Of a DNA stretch of 50,295 nucleotides, positions 34,659-43,917 are shown in pieces (the first letter of the stretch is position 1; each line of letters begins with the position of its first letter). Below the pieces are notes generated by a model. That model was not told the DNA's origin, ran no database searches, and saw only the letters and a program-made list of their open reading frames with translations. Position numbers and translations under genes: made by a program. Source of the stretch: a virus (Duplodnaviria > Caudoviricetes); the IMG/VR virus record IMGVR_UViG_3300042673_002653, positions 1 to 50,295 of that record; one strand, 5' to 3'.

Positions 34659-34973
34659 ATGTCCGACACCCCTGCCGAAACCGCCGCAGCCTGGCGCGCC
34701 GAAGAGGCGGCCATAGTGCGACGCCGCGAGGAAATCGAGCGGCCCTTGTTCGCGCGCGCGGAAGAACTTCTGGCGCAGATCAAGCCGCTGACCGACGAGC
34801 TGACGAATCTCGGTCCCGGCTTCGTCACCGAATATTACGCCGCGATCCTGGCCATGCCTGGAGAAAGCATCGGGCGGGCCATCCATGCCGTCGCGGCGGC
34901 TCGCCCCAAACCTGCGATCGACTTCTCCACGCCGTCGGACAGCCCGATCACGGCCCAGAAGGTCAAGGGCTGA
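34659..34973 (+). CDS. Hypothetical tail-associated protein
   Basis: 104 aa; GGAG RBS. Confidence 0.65.
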   Translation: MSDTPAETAAAWRAEEAAIVRRREEIERPLFARAEELLAQIKPLTDELTNLGPGFVTEYYAAILAMPGESIGRAIHAVAAARPKPAIDFSTPSDSPITAQKVKG

Positions 34974-34976
34974 GCC

Positions 34977-36473
34977 ATGCCCCTGACCGACAGCCAATGG
35001 GCCGACGAAGTCGCGGATATCTTCGCCCGGCTGGCGGCGGGGACGATCACGGAGGCCGAGGCCGCGAGCGAGCTGGGGGCCGCGACCGCCGACTGGCCCA
35101 CGCGGTCTCTGTCGAACGCGGGGCTGGCCGAACAGCTGTCCCGGTTCAAGGCGCGGGTGAACGGGTTGATCCTGACGGACGGACCGCCGGCGAACGATCT
35201 GGGCGGGGTCAACGCCATCGCCATCGACCTGGGCGCGCGTGTCCTCTACGGCCCCAAGGTGGTTTCGACGGAATGGCCGGACGGCGTCCCGTTCGCAGAG
35301 GGTCCGCCCGGTCAATCGATCGAGCTGGGCGTCAGCGCCACGCACATCCAGTGGCGCGTCGAGGGCGAGGACGACTGGATCGACCTCTATCCCCTTGCCG
35401 ATCTGGCGGGGGCGGACGGTCAGGAGGTCTCGCTGCGGACGTCGGGCGGGTACGTCCAGTGGCGGCTCGGCGCGGGGGGCTGGGCCAATCTGGTCGCCCT
35501 GTCCGCGCTCACGGGCGACGACGGCCGGGAGATCGAGCTAGGGGCGTCAGAGACGCATATCCAGTGGCGCTATGTCAGGGCGTCCGACTGGACCGATCTC
35601 ATCTCGCTGTCGGCGATCACTCCCGACGCCATCCCCGGTCCGGCGGCGTGGATCCCGGTCTACGCCAATGTGGCCGACGGCGCTCGGCGTGTGCAGCAGG
35701 TGGCGGACTGGTTCGGCGGCGACGGGGTCAAGCCTGCCACCGGGCAGTATCTGGGGCCGTCGGGCTTCGTCGCCACTGCGGCCGAGGCCACGGACATCCG
35801 GGGCGCGGGCGGGTCCGGTTCGGGCGACATGCTGGCGGCGAACAACCTGTCGGACCTGACCGACAAGGCCTCCGCTCGAATGACCCTGTCGGTCTACTCC
35901 AAGGCCGAGACAGACGCGGCCCTCAGCGGCAAGGCGACGCCCGCCCAGATCACGGCGGCTATCGACGCCCTGCTGGACTCCGCACCCGGCGCGCTGGACA
36001 CGCTGAACGAACTGGCCGCCGCCCTGGGCGACGATCCGAACTTCGCGGCGACCGTGACGTCTGCCTTGGCCGCGCGGTTGCAGGCCGCGACGACGGCGCA
36101 GGTTCGCACCGGGACGGCGACCGACGTGGGTGTGACGCCGGCGGCGCTGGCGGCGGCGGAGGGCTGGGTGGACCTGGGCAATGTGTCGGGGACCGTGACC
36201 CTGGACTGCAAGGCCGGGAACAAGTTCCGCATGGTGGCGACCGGGGCGATCACCTTCGCCGACCCGACCAACAAGTATGACGGCTGGTCCGGCCTGATCA
36301 GCGTGCGGCAGGACGCGACCGGAAGCCGGGTCATGGCCATGAACGCGGCGATCAGGAAGTCCGGATCGGTCCCGGTCCTGTCCACGGCGGCCAATGCCGA
36401 GGATCAGTTCACGGCGGCCGTGCAGGGGGCCACGGCCTATTTCTATCCGCTGCTGAAGGACTTCAAGCCGTGA
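34977..36473 (+). CDS. Tail fiber protein
   Basis: Three IEL..THIQWR..W repeats; NNLSDL; LDSAPGALDTLNELAAALGDDPNFAATVT fiber repeat; QDATGSR C-terminal domain. Confidence 0.85.
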   Translation: MPLTDSQWADEVADIFARLAAGTITEAEAASELGAATADWPTRSLSNAGLAEQLSRFKARVNGLILTDGPPANDLGGVNAIAIDLGARVLYGPKVVSTEWPDGVPFAEGPPGQSIELGVSATHIQWRVEGEDDWIDLYPLADLAGADGQEVSLRTSGGYVQWRLGAGGWANLVALSALTGDDGREIELGASETHIQWRYVRASDWTDLISLSAITPDAIPGPAAWIPVYANVADGARRVQQVADWFGGDGVKPATGQYLGPSGFVATAAEATDIRGAGGSGSGDMLAANNLSDLTDKASARMTLSVYSKAETDAALSGKATPAQITAAIDALLDSAPGALDTLNELAAALGDDPNFAATVTSALAARLQAATTAQVRTGTATDVGVTPAALAAAEGWVDLGNVSGTVTLDCKAGNKFRMVATGAITFADPTNKYDGWSGLISVRQDATGSRVMAMNAAIRKSGSVPVLSTAANAEDQFTAAVQGATAYFYPLLKDFKP

Positions 36474-37303
36474 GGCCGTTCGCCGCGCCCCAGCTGGGGC
36501 GAACAGGGGGCGATGCGTTGGACGCAGCAGCCGAAGCCTATATCGCCGCCGCCGGCATCACGAATGACACCCGCAAGGGTCTGGTGCGAGACTTCTTCAC
36601 GGCGACGGCCTCCATTCGGCCGAAGCTGGATCGCCTCTATCTTCTGGCCAACTCCACGAGCGTGGCGTCTCGCACCGACCTGATCCTGCCGTCTCGCGCC
36701 GTCCTGACTGTCGGCGGAGACACCGAATATTACGATGAAGACGGCGATGGGAACGACGAGGCGCACTACATCCCGGCGGAGTTCGAGGCCGACAGGGGGT
36801 GGCGGGGCAAGCGAGATACGCTGCGGTCTCTCTATGGGGATATCGACTTCGCCACCGCGAAGGCTGGAACCAACGGCATCTTCATCGGCGCGTATCTGAA
36901 CACGGCGGACCCCCAGATGGGGTCTGGTCAGTTCTTCACGTCTGTGCCCAACGCAAGGCAGATCATTCTCTACAACACCGGCGGTCAGGGCTTCTACGCC
37001 GGGCAAGCCGCCTCCAGCGGCTCGACGACCGGCGAGGTCAATCTGGGCGGTAGAACAGGCTTCATCGCGCTTCAGAACGACAAGTCGACCACGGTCCGCC
37101 TTTCCCGCAACGCGTCGACGGCAATCACGTCTACGCAGTCCGGGACGGTCACCGCCCTGACCGCGACGGCGGCGGCCTACTATTGCCGATCCTACCAGCG
37201 CCAAGCCTTCGCCGCCTTCGGGGACGCACTCACCGACACCGAGGTCGCGACTCTCTATTCGGCCGTCCAGGCCTACCTGACTGCGATAGGAGCCCAAGCC
37301 TGA
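36470..37303 (+). CDS. Putative receptor-binding/minor tail protein
   Basis: DAAAEAYIAAAGI...KLDRLYLLA...FEADRG...LYSAVQAYLTAIGA. Confidence 0.7.
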   Translation: MRPFAAPQLGRTGGDALDAAAEAYIAAAGITNDTRKGLVRDFFTATASIRPKLDRLYLLANSTSVASRTDLILPSRAVLTVGGDTEYYDEDGDGNDEAHYIPAEFEADRGWRGKRDTLRSLYGDIDFATAKAGTNGIFIGAYLNTADPQMGSGQFFTSVPNARQIILYNTGGQGFYAGQAASSGSTTGEVNLGGRTGFIALQNDKSTTVRLSRNASTAITSTQSGTVTALTATAAAYYCRSYQRQAFAAFGDALTDTEVATLYSAVQAYLTAIGAQA

Positions 37304-37683
37304 TGCCCCTGCACGACGCCAACGGCCCGATCCCCCATGGCGCGGATCACGCGCACGACGGCAACGTCATCGCCTATGCCTCGCTGCTGACCCTGTCGCC
37401 CGAGGATCGGGCGGCGTGGGGGGTGACCTGGGTGGACGAACCGGAGCCCGAACCCGTACCCGAGCCGCGTCGGCTGCTCGCCAAGTCGGCCGTTCACGAA
37501 CGGATGAACGCGCTCGGCAAGCTGGGCGCCGCCTTCGCCGCGCTACAGAGCAACCCGATCTACTTCGGCCGATGGTTCGCCCCGGACTGGCCCAACGTCT
37601 ATTTCGACGACGAAGGCCTGCTGGACGTGCTGGGAGCCATCGGCTGCACCGAGGCCGATATCGCGACCGTCACCGCGCCCTGA
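37303..37683 (+). CDS. Tail fiber chaperone-like protein
   Basis: LSPEDRAAWGV, EPEPEP linker; coupled start. Confidence 0.65.
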   Translation: MPLHDANGPIPHGADHAHDGNVIAYASLLTLSPEDRAAWGVTWVDEPEPEPVPEPRRLLAKSAVHERMNALGKLGAAFAALQSNPIYFGRWFAPDWPNVYFDDEGLLDVLGAIGCTEADIATVTAP

Positions 37684-37882
37684 TCAAAGACCGCCGCCTG
37701 ATTGGGTCGCCGACGTCTCGCCCGAAGCCGCCGACGACCCGACCCACGGTTTGGCCGTGGCCCGGGTGGTGTAGCGCCCCCGACCCGAACCGGAGCTGAC
37801 CTTTGCCGTCGGTTCCCGATCGTTCTGACACTGGCCGCGTCCGCGTCGGCTGCCTTGTAACGGCTGACATTTGGAGGGGCGG

Positions 37883-38209
37883 ATGTTCGACCCGCGTGAC
37901 TTTGCGGCCTTTTGGGGTCTGTGCGGCGGCCTGATGTGCGGGGCGACGGAGCTTCTAACGGCCTATTCGGCGCGTGTCGGCAATCCGGAGGCCAAGCGCA
38001 AGGCCTGGCTGCGGGTCGTGTTCGGCGTGACCATGGGGCCGCTGATCGCCGAGGCGCTGACCGTGCACCTGGTGCTGAAGATCATCCCCACGCTGGCCCT
38101 GCCGGCGCCCGCCCTGATCCTGGGGTGGATGATGGCCAACGATCCCCGCGACCTTTTCAACCGCCTGCAGAAGATCGTCCAGGCGGCGATCTCGAAGGAG
38201 CCGAGCTGA
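37883..38209 (+). CDS. Putative holin
   Basis: 108 aa with about 3 hydrophobic segments and a charged C-terminus; GGAGG RBS. Confidence 0.55.
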   Translation: MFDPRDFAAFWGLCGGLMCGATELLTAYSARVGNPEAKRKAWLRVVFGVTMGPLIAEALTVHLVLKIIPTLALPAPALILGWMMANDPRDLFNRLQKIVQAAISKEPS

Positions 38210-38742
38210 TGCCTTCCGCTCAAAGCCTGCTGATCATCACGACCGCCCTGGTCTTCTTCGCCTCGGCCGCCGTCGTGGCCCAGATCGGGCGATTGCTGAG
38301 CCCCGCCTATGGGACGCGGCTGTCCGCGCACTGGGTCTGGCGCGGCCTGATCTGGCTGGGGGCCGTGGCCCTGTTCGCGCGGGGGGTCACCTTGTTGTGG
38401 CCGGGCGGCCTGTTCTCGGTCGGGCGGATGACGCCCCTGGTACTGATGGGCGGGCTGGTCACCCTGGGCTTCGCCCTGTGGAAGCTGGACGACGTGATGC
38501 GCGAGAACGACCCGCCGCCCTGGAGCGTCCAGCTGATGCGGCTGGTCGCCCTGACGGGGATCAACGGCCTGGTGACGCGAACGGCGCTGACGCTGCCGCC
38601 CGCCGCCTATGGCGACCTGCCCCCGCCGGACGAGCGCGCGCCCGGTGACCTTTGGCGGCTGCTGATGATGGCCGGCGCGGCGCTGGTGATCGTCGCAGTC
38701 GTCGCGGCCATCGTCCTGAACAGCCCTGCGGCGGACATCTGA
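38209..38742 (+). CDS. Multi-pass membrane protein
   Basis: About 4 hydrophobic segments; coupled to the holin-like gene. Confidence 0.7.
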   Translation: MPSAQSLLIITTALVFFASAAVVAQIGRLLSPAYGTRLSAHWVWRGLIWLGAVALFARGVTLLWPGGLFSVGRMTPLVLMGGLVTLGFALWKLDDVMRENDPPPWSVQLMRLVALTGINGLVTRTALTLPPAAYGDLPPPDERAPGDLWRLLMMAGAALVIVAVVAAIVLNSPAADI

Positions 38743-38784
38743 CGCGAACCCGGTTCGCCCCTTCCTTCATCACGGAGACATCCC

Positions 38785-39096
38785 ATGGCCACCCTGCACG
38801 TCGCAATCGCGGCGGTGAACGACCGCGCCCTGACCGGGGTCACCCTGCCCGTCGCCCCTTCGGTGGAGCGCACGGCCAAGACCCTGGCCACGACGGCGAC
38901 GTCGGCGGCGGACGCCGAGCTGGTCGCCCAGGAGAACGAGGTCTGGATCGTCACCGCGCGTGACGCCGACCACTGGGTCAAGTTCGGTTCTGGCACGCCC
39001 GTCGCCGGGCCGAACGCAGGATATCTGATCATGGCGGGCACGACGCGAGAGTTCGGCGCCGACGCCAACCAGAAGATCGCGGCGCGGACCGTCTGA
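38785..39096 (+). CDS. Hypothetical beta-rich structural protein
   Basis: 103 aa; HWVKFG...IMAGTTREFG. Confidence 0.7.
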   Translation: MATLHVAIAAVNDRALTGVTLPVAPSVERTAKTLATTATSAADAELVAQENEVWIVTARDADHWVKFGSGTPVAGPNAGYLIMAGTTREFGADANQKIAARTV

Positions 39097-39866
39097 TGTC
39101 GGGCCTGTCTCTGGGGCTGGGTCTGGGCTTTGCCTCCCGAACCAAGGGAGTGGGGTGGTCGCCCCTGTCGCTGGGCGCATCCCTGCTGGACATGTGGGAT
39201 GCCGAGCGGTCGGGCGATCTTGTCCTTGCAGGATCCAGCGTCACCTCATGGGCCTCGGCGAAGAACGCCTATTCGGCGGTCCAGGCGTCGTCCAATGCGC
39301 GGCCCACCTATGGAGCGTCGAGTTTCAACGGGCGGCCGGGGCTCGGCTTCGACGGGGTGGATGATGAGTTGACCTTCGCTGGGGTCGGCGTGTTTTCGGT
39401 CGGGGCGACGGCGGGCGAGATCTGGGTCCTGGCCGATCAGACCGCACCGGCGTCTGACGGCCTCAGCCGGATCGGCTTCAGCTACGGAACGAACAGCGTC
39501 AGCACCCAGCGCTCCGTTCGCCGCGTCGTGGCGTCTGGAGCCAATCGGTTTCAGGCCTCAATCGGCGATGGATCGACGGCCCGTCCGGTGGGCGGATCGA
39601 CGGTGGAGGCCGGCGGCCGCCACGTCGTGCGGCTCTCGGTCGGTCCGACTGTGAGTTCCCAGGAGGTCGATGGGGTCTCGGAGGGCTCCACGTCCGTCGT
39701 GCCCGCCACGGGCAATGTCCGCGTCCGGATCGGCGCGGGCGCCAACACCATCGTCACGAACTATTTCCAGGGCGTCGTGTCGCTCATCGCTTTGACCACG
39801 CCCCTGACCAACGAAGAGGCCGCGCAGATGCTGGCCTATCTCAAAGCCCGAGGAGGTATCGCATGA
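39096..39866 (+). CDS. LamG/concanavalin-like domain protein
   Basis: MSGLSLGLGLG, WSPLSLG..LLDMWDA, VTSW, FNGRPGLGFDGVDD, YLKARGGI. Confidence 0.8.
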   Translation: MSGLSLGLGLGFASRTKGVGWSPLSLGASLLDMWDAERSGDLVLAGSSVTSWASAKNAYSAVQASSNARPTYGASSFNGRPGLGFDGVDDELTFAGVGVFSVGATAGEIWVLADQTAPASDGLSRIGFSYGTNSVSTQRSVRRVVASGANRFQASIGDGSTARPVGGSTVEAGGRHVVRLSVGPTVSSQEVDGVSEGSTSVVPATGNVRVRIGAGANTIVTNYFQGVVSLIALTTPLTNEEAAQMLAYLKARGGIA

Positions 39867-40213
39867 CCACGCTCGCCGTCGCCCTGATCGTCACGGACGC
39901 CCAAAAGGCCGCCGTCGAGGCCGCCATCGCGGTCCTGACGCCCGACTACACCATCGGCTTCGCGCGCCCTTGCTGCGCGCTCTCTGAGCCCGACCCGACC
40001 TGGGAAACCCCGCCGACCTACTGGTACGCCAACGCCAGCGCCGTCGATGCGAATGTCGCCGCCGCCTGGCAGGAGGCCGTTGCCCAGGCCGGGCCGCTCG
40101 ATCCGCTGTCAGGGCTTATCCTGTTCACCGCCCAGAACGCCGAAAACGCTTCGGGCTGGGCTGTGACCAACCTGGCCAGCCAAGGCCTCCGGTTCGTGCC
40201 GGACGAGGAATAG
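39863..40213 (+). CDS. Hypothetical protein
   Basis: ATGA overlap; 116 aa. Confidence 0.7.
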   Translation: MTTLAVALIVTDAQKAAVEAAIAVLTPDYTIGFARPCCALSEPDPTWETPPTYWYANASAVDANVAAAWQEAVAQAGPLDPLSGLILFTAQNAENASGWAVTNLASQGLRFVPDEE

Positions 40214-40250
40214 GCCACACGCCCGTCGATGCACCATCAAGGATCGAACC

Positions 40251-40466
40251 ATGACCGAAGAACAGATCAAACACATGACCGACCGCTTCCTCTCTTGGAA
40301 GCTGCCGAAAGGCTTTGCGCCGGATGGCGGCGTCAGCTTCGACCGGCTGCGGAATGTCGGCACGCCCTACGAAGCCGTCAATGAACCGTACGGAACGAAC
40401 CTTTTGGACGCCGGTCAGGCGGAGGCCATGGTGCGGCACATGCTCGAAGGCCTTCCCGAGGCCTGA
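40251..40466 (+). CDS. Conserved small phage protein
   Basis: MTDRFLSWKLPKGFAPDGGVSF...GTNLL...AEAMVRHML. Confidence 0.75.
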   Translation: MTEEQIKHMTDRFLSWKLPKGFAPDGGVSFDRLRNVGTPYEAVNEPYGTNLLDAGQAEAMVRHMLEGLPEA

Positions 40467-40499
40467 CCCCCACTCCCGTCCATCGAAGGATTGGGCCGT

Positions 40500-40688
40500 T
40501 TATTCCGGCTTCGGCCGGGCCTTGGCGGCGATAGCTTGGGCCGTTTCGACCTGGTCGAGCATCTGATCCACGGCCTTTCTGACGAACTCGGCGCGACCCT
40601 TGGGTCCGACCAGGGCGTCCAGCCGGGCCAGCGCAGACCGCTCCAGCCCGACGTGGAAGCGGTGATGGTCGAGACGGTTGCGGCCCAT
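40500..40688 (-). CDS. Ribbon-helix-helix DNA-binding protein
   Basis: RFHVGLERSALARLDALVGPKGRAEFVRKAVDQML. Confidence 0.75.
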   Translation of the reverse strand: MGRNRLDHHRFHVGLERSALARLDALVGPKGRAEFVRKAVDQMLDQVETAQAIAAKARPKPE

Positions 40689-40785
40689 GCGATCCCCCGG
40701 CGTGGACCGACAGAGTAGCGGGCAGGGGTAAATAGACGGCGCCGCGTTCTCGGCGTATAGATTGGGCCGGAAACGAGGTGTCGGA

Positions 40786-41106
40786 ATGTTCGAGATGGAC
40801 AAGGCTGATGGCGTCAGAACGGCCGCGCCGGGCTGGCTGAAGCGTAGTCTTGACGCCGCACCGGCGACGCGCCCGACCGCGGAAGCGGCGACCAGCACCG
40901 ACCGCTTGCACGCCGTCATCCAGAAGTTGCGAGACCATGTCGCGGCCATCCAAGCGGCGAAGGCGCGGGTAGACGCTGGCCGGTCGGCTCCCGAGAACAA
41001 CCCCATCCTTCAGTGCGTCAACGACCTGCCGGGCATCGTGCGCGAACTCGACATGGCGGAACTGGAAATCGAAGCCGATTTCGAAGCGCTAGGAGACGCC
41101 GCCTAA
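40786..41106 (+). CDS. Hypothetical protein
   Basis: GAGGTG RBS; helical; ends DAA. Confidence 0.65.
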   Translation: MFEMDKADGVRTAAPGWLKRSLDAAPATRPTAEAATSTDRLHAVIQKLRDHVAAIQAAKARVDAGRSAPENNPILQCVNDLPGIVRELDMAELEIEADFEALGDAA

Positions 41107-41241
41107 ACGGCCCAATCCTCCATCCGATGATCTGAGGGGGTCAGCGGCTAATCCACGGCCAGATCGTCAATCCGGCCGAGACGACCGTGGCCGCGATCAG
41201 CAGGGCGATCCAGACCCACTCCTCCCGGTCGCGGCGTGGCG

Positions 41242-41931
41242 TCATCCCTCAAGTGGCGGTTTGGGGCCGACGAAAAGTTCGAAGTGGAAGGGCGAGAGCG
41301 CCTCGTTCCAAACTGGCGCGACCGGCAAGGTCCACTGCTCAGCGGCTGCAAGGGCCGTGATCAGGGCTTCTGCTCGCCGCCCATCAGCTGCGGGGTTCCT
41401 GGATATCGTCAAGCCTACCGGCAGCCCAGCGGAGTACATCCCGCCCTGAAAGTCAGCAAGGCAGCCCGCTTCAGAAAGGGCCGCCATAAGATCATGAGCG
41501 AATAGAGTGGCCTCAGCATCGTGAGATTGGGCGAAGACGGTCAGTTCGATGCCCCGACCTCGGGCAAGGCCGTCGAACAGCCTTTGCCGCTGATCCGCCG
41601 ATAGCCGTCTTGCAGCGAGTTTTCCTTCCATTTCGAGCCTCGCGGATCGCTCGCGTTCGAGCGTCTGAGCAAGGGCGAGGTTCTGCGCTTCGATGGCGGC
41701 GGCGCGTTCTGTTGCTTGAGCGGCCTGTTCCTGTGCCCGCGCGCCTTCTGCTTTCGCCTCAGCCGTTAGCCTCTCATTCGTTTGAGATCGGATGTCAGCG
41801 TGATGTTCGCGGATCGATCCCATCCAAACCGTCCCGCAGGTGCCGACAACGGCGAGAACCGCCCCGCTAATCAGGGCGATGTTTGAGATCATGAACCAGA
41901 GGTTCGCGGTCCCTAAGCCTATCTCGCCCAT
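41242..41931 (-). CDS. Membrane-anchored coiled-coil protein (moron, opposite strand)
   Basis: N-terminal TM helix, then coiled coil, RRLSADQR and an alpha/beta domain; start could be 41964. Confidence 0.75.
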   Translation of the reverse strand: MGEIGLGTANLWFMISNIALISGAVLAVVGTCGTVWMGSIREHHADIRSQTNERLTAEAKAEGARAQEQAAQATERAAAIEAQNLALAQTLERERSARLEMEGKLAARRLSADQRQRLFDGLARGRGIELTVFAQSHDAEATLFAHDLMAALSEAGCLADFQGGMYSAGLPVGLTISRNPAADGRRAEALITALAAAEQWTLPVAPVWNEALSPFHFELFVGPKPPLEG

Positions 41932-42040
41932 CGCTCGGTCCCCTAAGCCCCGCAGCCACCGCATCGGATCGCGTCCCTGTTTTGATGACGATGCCTGAAG
42001 CGCACGCCGTGCGCATCCCCCTGAAAATCGGAGAGAGACC

Positions 42041-42727
42041 ATGAGCCGTAAGGCCCTATTCGACTTCGCGCGCCTGCTCGCTCCGGGTCAGACTTTCACG
42101 ACCGCCCAGATCGCGGCCGGTGACGCCTTTGCCGATGCCCTGGGGCTCCCGAGGGCCGAGGACGCTGCGTTCGATGGACGGATCACCGAGCGGATCGCGC
42201 TGGAGCTCTTGGCTCACGAGGCCATCGTCCTGGAAGCGTACAAGGACAGCGTCGGGGTCTGGACCTGGGGCGTCGGCGTGACATCGGCGTCGGGCCATCT
42301 GGTCGAGCGCTACAAGGACTCTCCTCAGACCGTCCAGCGGTGTCTGGAAGTCTATATCTGGCTGCTCAGAGAGCGCTACGGCCCGGCCGTCCGCGCGGCC
42401 TTCGCTGGCCATCCGCTGACGGAAGCGCAGTTCGGAGCGGCGCTTTCCTTCCACTACAACACCGGCGCCATCGGCCGGGCGACCTGGGTCCAGTCCTTCA
42501 AGGCGGCACGCCTGGACGAGGCGAAGGCGAAGTTCATGGAGTGGCGCAAGCCCGCCGCGATCATCGAGCGCCGAACGAAGGAGCGAGACCTGTTCTTCGA
42601 CGGCAAGTGGTCGTCGGACGGTACGGCCATCATCTATCCGGTCAGGAAGCCCAGCTACGCCCCGAACTTTGGCCAGGGCCGTCGGGTCATGGTCCGTGCA
42701 GATTTGGCCAAGGCGCTGGCCGCATGA
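42041..42727 (+). CDS. Endolysin (GH24/T4-like lysozyme)
   Basis: HEAIVLEAYKDSVGVWTWGVG, QFGAALSFHYNTG, RRTKERDLF. Confidence 0.92.
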   Translation: MSRKALFDFARLLAPGQTFTTAQIAAGDAFADALGLPRAEDAAFDGRITERIALELLAHEAIVLEAYKDSVGVWTWGVGVTSASGHLVERYKDSPQTVQRCLEVYIWLLRERYGPAVRAAFAGHPLTEAQFGAALSFHYNTGAIGRATWVQSFKAARLDEAKAKFMEWRKPAAIIERRTKERDLFFDGKWSSDGTAIIYPVRKPSYAPNFGQGRRVMVRADLAKALAA

Positions 42728-43044
42728 CCGCTCTCATCACCCTGTGGCGGCTGTTCCCGCCCCGCATCTGGGCCGCGCTGGGCGTGGTGGCCGTCATCAT
42801 CTCGCTGTGGGCCGCCCTCGCCTTCCAGACCTCCCGCGCCGACCGCGCTGTCGAAGACGCCCGAACCCAGCGCGCCACGACCGATGCGCTGGACCATGTC
42901 GCCACCGAAACCCCGAAGATCCGAAACGACCAAGAGGAGAAGCAACGTGAAGTCGACCAAATCCCCGGTGCTGACCAGCGCCTGCCTGACGGTTTTGGCG
43001 CTGAGCTTGAACGGGTGCGCCAGCGGGGGCGTCATCCCCGATAG
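42724..43044 (+). CDS. Rz-like inner-membrane spanin
   Basis: N-terminal TM segment followed by helix; ATGA overlap with the endolysin. Confidence 0.75.
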   Translation: MTALITLWRLFPPRIWAALGVVAVIISLWAALAFQTSRADRAVEDARTQRATTDALDHVATETPKIRNDQEEKQREVDQIPGADQRLPDGFGAELERVRQRGRHPR

Positions 43045-43225
43045 CCTGCGCGCGCCATGCGAAAGCACGGTGAACGTCTCGGGCGCCCAGACGGTCGGCG
43101 ACCTCGGCAAGGCGATCATCCAGGGCGACGCCGACCTGAGGGTTTGCGACGTTCGGCGAGAGGCCGTCGTGGCCATTGCGGACGGGCGGCGGGCGTCGTG
43201 GTTCAGTCGGCTCTGGCCGGGCTAG
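42947..43225 (+). CDS. Rz1-like outer-membrane lipoprotein spanin
   Basis: GTG after GAGGAG; lipobox LSLNG-C; overlaps the Rz-like gene in another frame. Confidence 0.75.
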   Translation: MKSTKSPVLTSACLTVLALSLNGCASGGVIPDSLRAPCESTVNVSGAQTVGDLGKAIIQGDADLRVCDVRREAVVAIADGRRASWFSRLWPG

Positions 43226-43280
43226 GGCTGGACCTGCAGATTCCACATATCCAGCGTCGAGCCTTCAGGTTCCGCTATCG

Positions 43281-43312
43281 AAGCCCGCTCCGGTTCGCCG
43301 GGGCGGGCTTCT
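43281..43312. terminator. Hairpin terminator ending the late operon and the convergent int operon
   Basis: AAGCCCGCTCCGG-TTCG-CCGGGGCGGGCTT. Confidence 0.8.
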
Positions 43313-43318
43313 GTCTGT

Positions 43319-43645
43319 TCAAGCCCCTTTTTTCAGGGCGTAGCGTCGGGCCGCATTGCCGTCCGCGAACATCCAGCGATGCCGCATCCGCTGGCGGACG
43401 CGGGCGCCTTCCGGCGTCTCCAGGGGGCGCATCGCCATCCCCTCCTGAACATAGAAGCCGAGCCAGTAGCCGCACCCGTCAACGGCGCATGGCGGGTGGC
43501 GGTCGGTCAGGTCGAAGTCGAGCCCCTTGGCCTCGGCGATCCTGTGAAGGCTGGCGTCCTTGATGAACCCGCATTCCTGACAGACCACGATTAACCGTGC
43601 CCCCCGGTCGATCAGAGCGCCAACGGTATCGAGCGGCTTCGGCAC
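43319..43645 (-). CDS. Small Zn-ribbon protein
   Basis: CQECG...CAVDGCG; third gene of the int operon. Confidence 0.7.
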   Translation of the reverse strand: MPKPLDTVGALIDRGARLIVVCQECGFIKDASLHRIAEAKGLDFDLTDRHPPCAVDGCGYWLGFYVQEGMAMRPLETPEGARVRQRMRHRWMFADGNAARRYALKKGA

Positions 43646-43647
43646 GG

Positions 43648-43917
43648 TCAGGCCTCGGCGTAGTCCAGGGCGGACAGGTCCGGCAGCGGGCCGCCTCTGA
43701 GGCCCAGTGGCGGAATGCCCAAGGCCTTGGCCACCTGACGGGCGTGCATGTGGTCGATGATGCCGGGCTCGATGGCGTCCAGCTGACGGATCAGCTCGCG
43801 CCGTCCGGCATACCCGTCAGCGCCGGGTTCGAGGCTGGCCGCCATCGCCATGAGCCAAGCCTTGCGGTCTTCGAAGGCAGGGCCTTCGCGGTTGTCGTTC
43901 GCTTCCATGTCCATCAT
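43648..43917 (-). CDS. Hypothetical protein coupled to the integrase
   Basis: ATGA overlap with the int stop; MMDMEANDNREG... Confidence 0.65.
   Translation of the reverse strand: MMDMEANDNREGPAFEDRKAWLMAMAASLEPGADGYAGRRELIRQLDAIEPGIIDHMHARQVAKALGIPPLGLRGGPLPDLSALDYAEA

Noticed and set aside
31432-37683. Diversity-generating retroelement or invertible tail-fiber cassette
   Set aside because: No reverse transcriptase, template/variable repeat pair, invertase or inverted fiber copies seen
37812-37825. GTTC...GTTC as a LexA box before the holin-like gene
   Set aside because: Spacer is 6 nt, not 7
37684-37870. Pro/Trp-rich mini-ORF or ncRNA between the fiber chaperone and the holin-like gene
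   Set aside because: No convincing start or RBS, and no recognisable conserved structure
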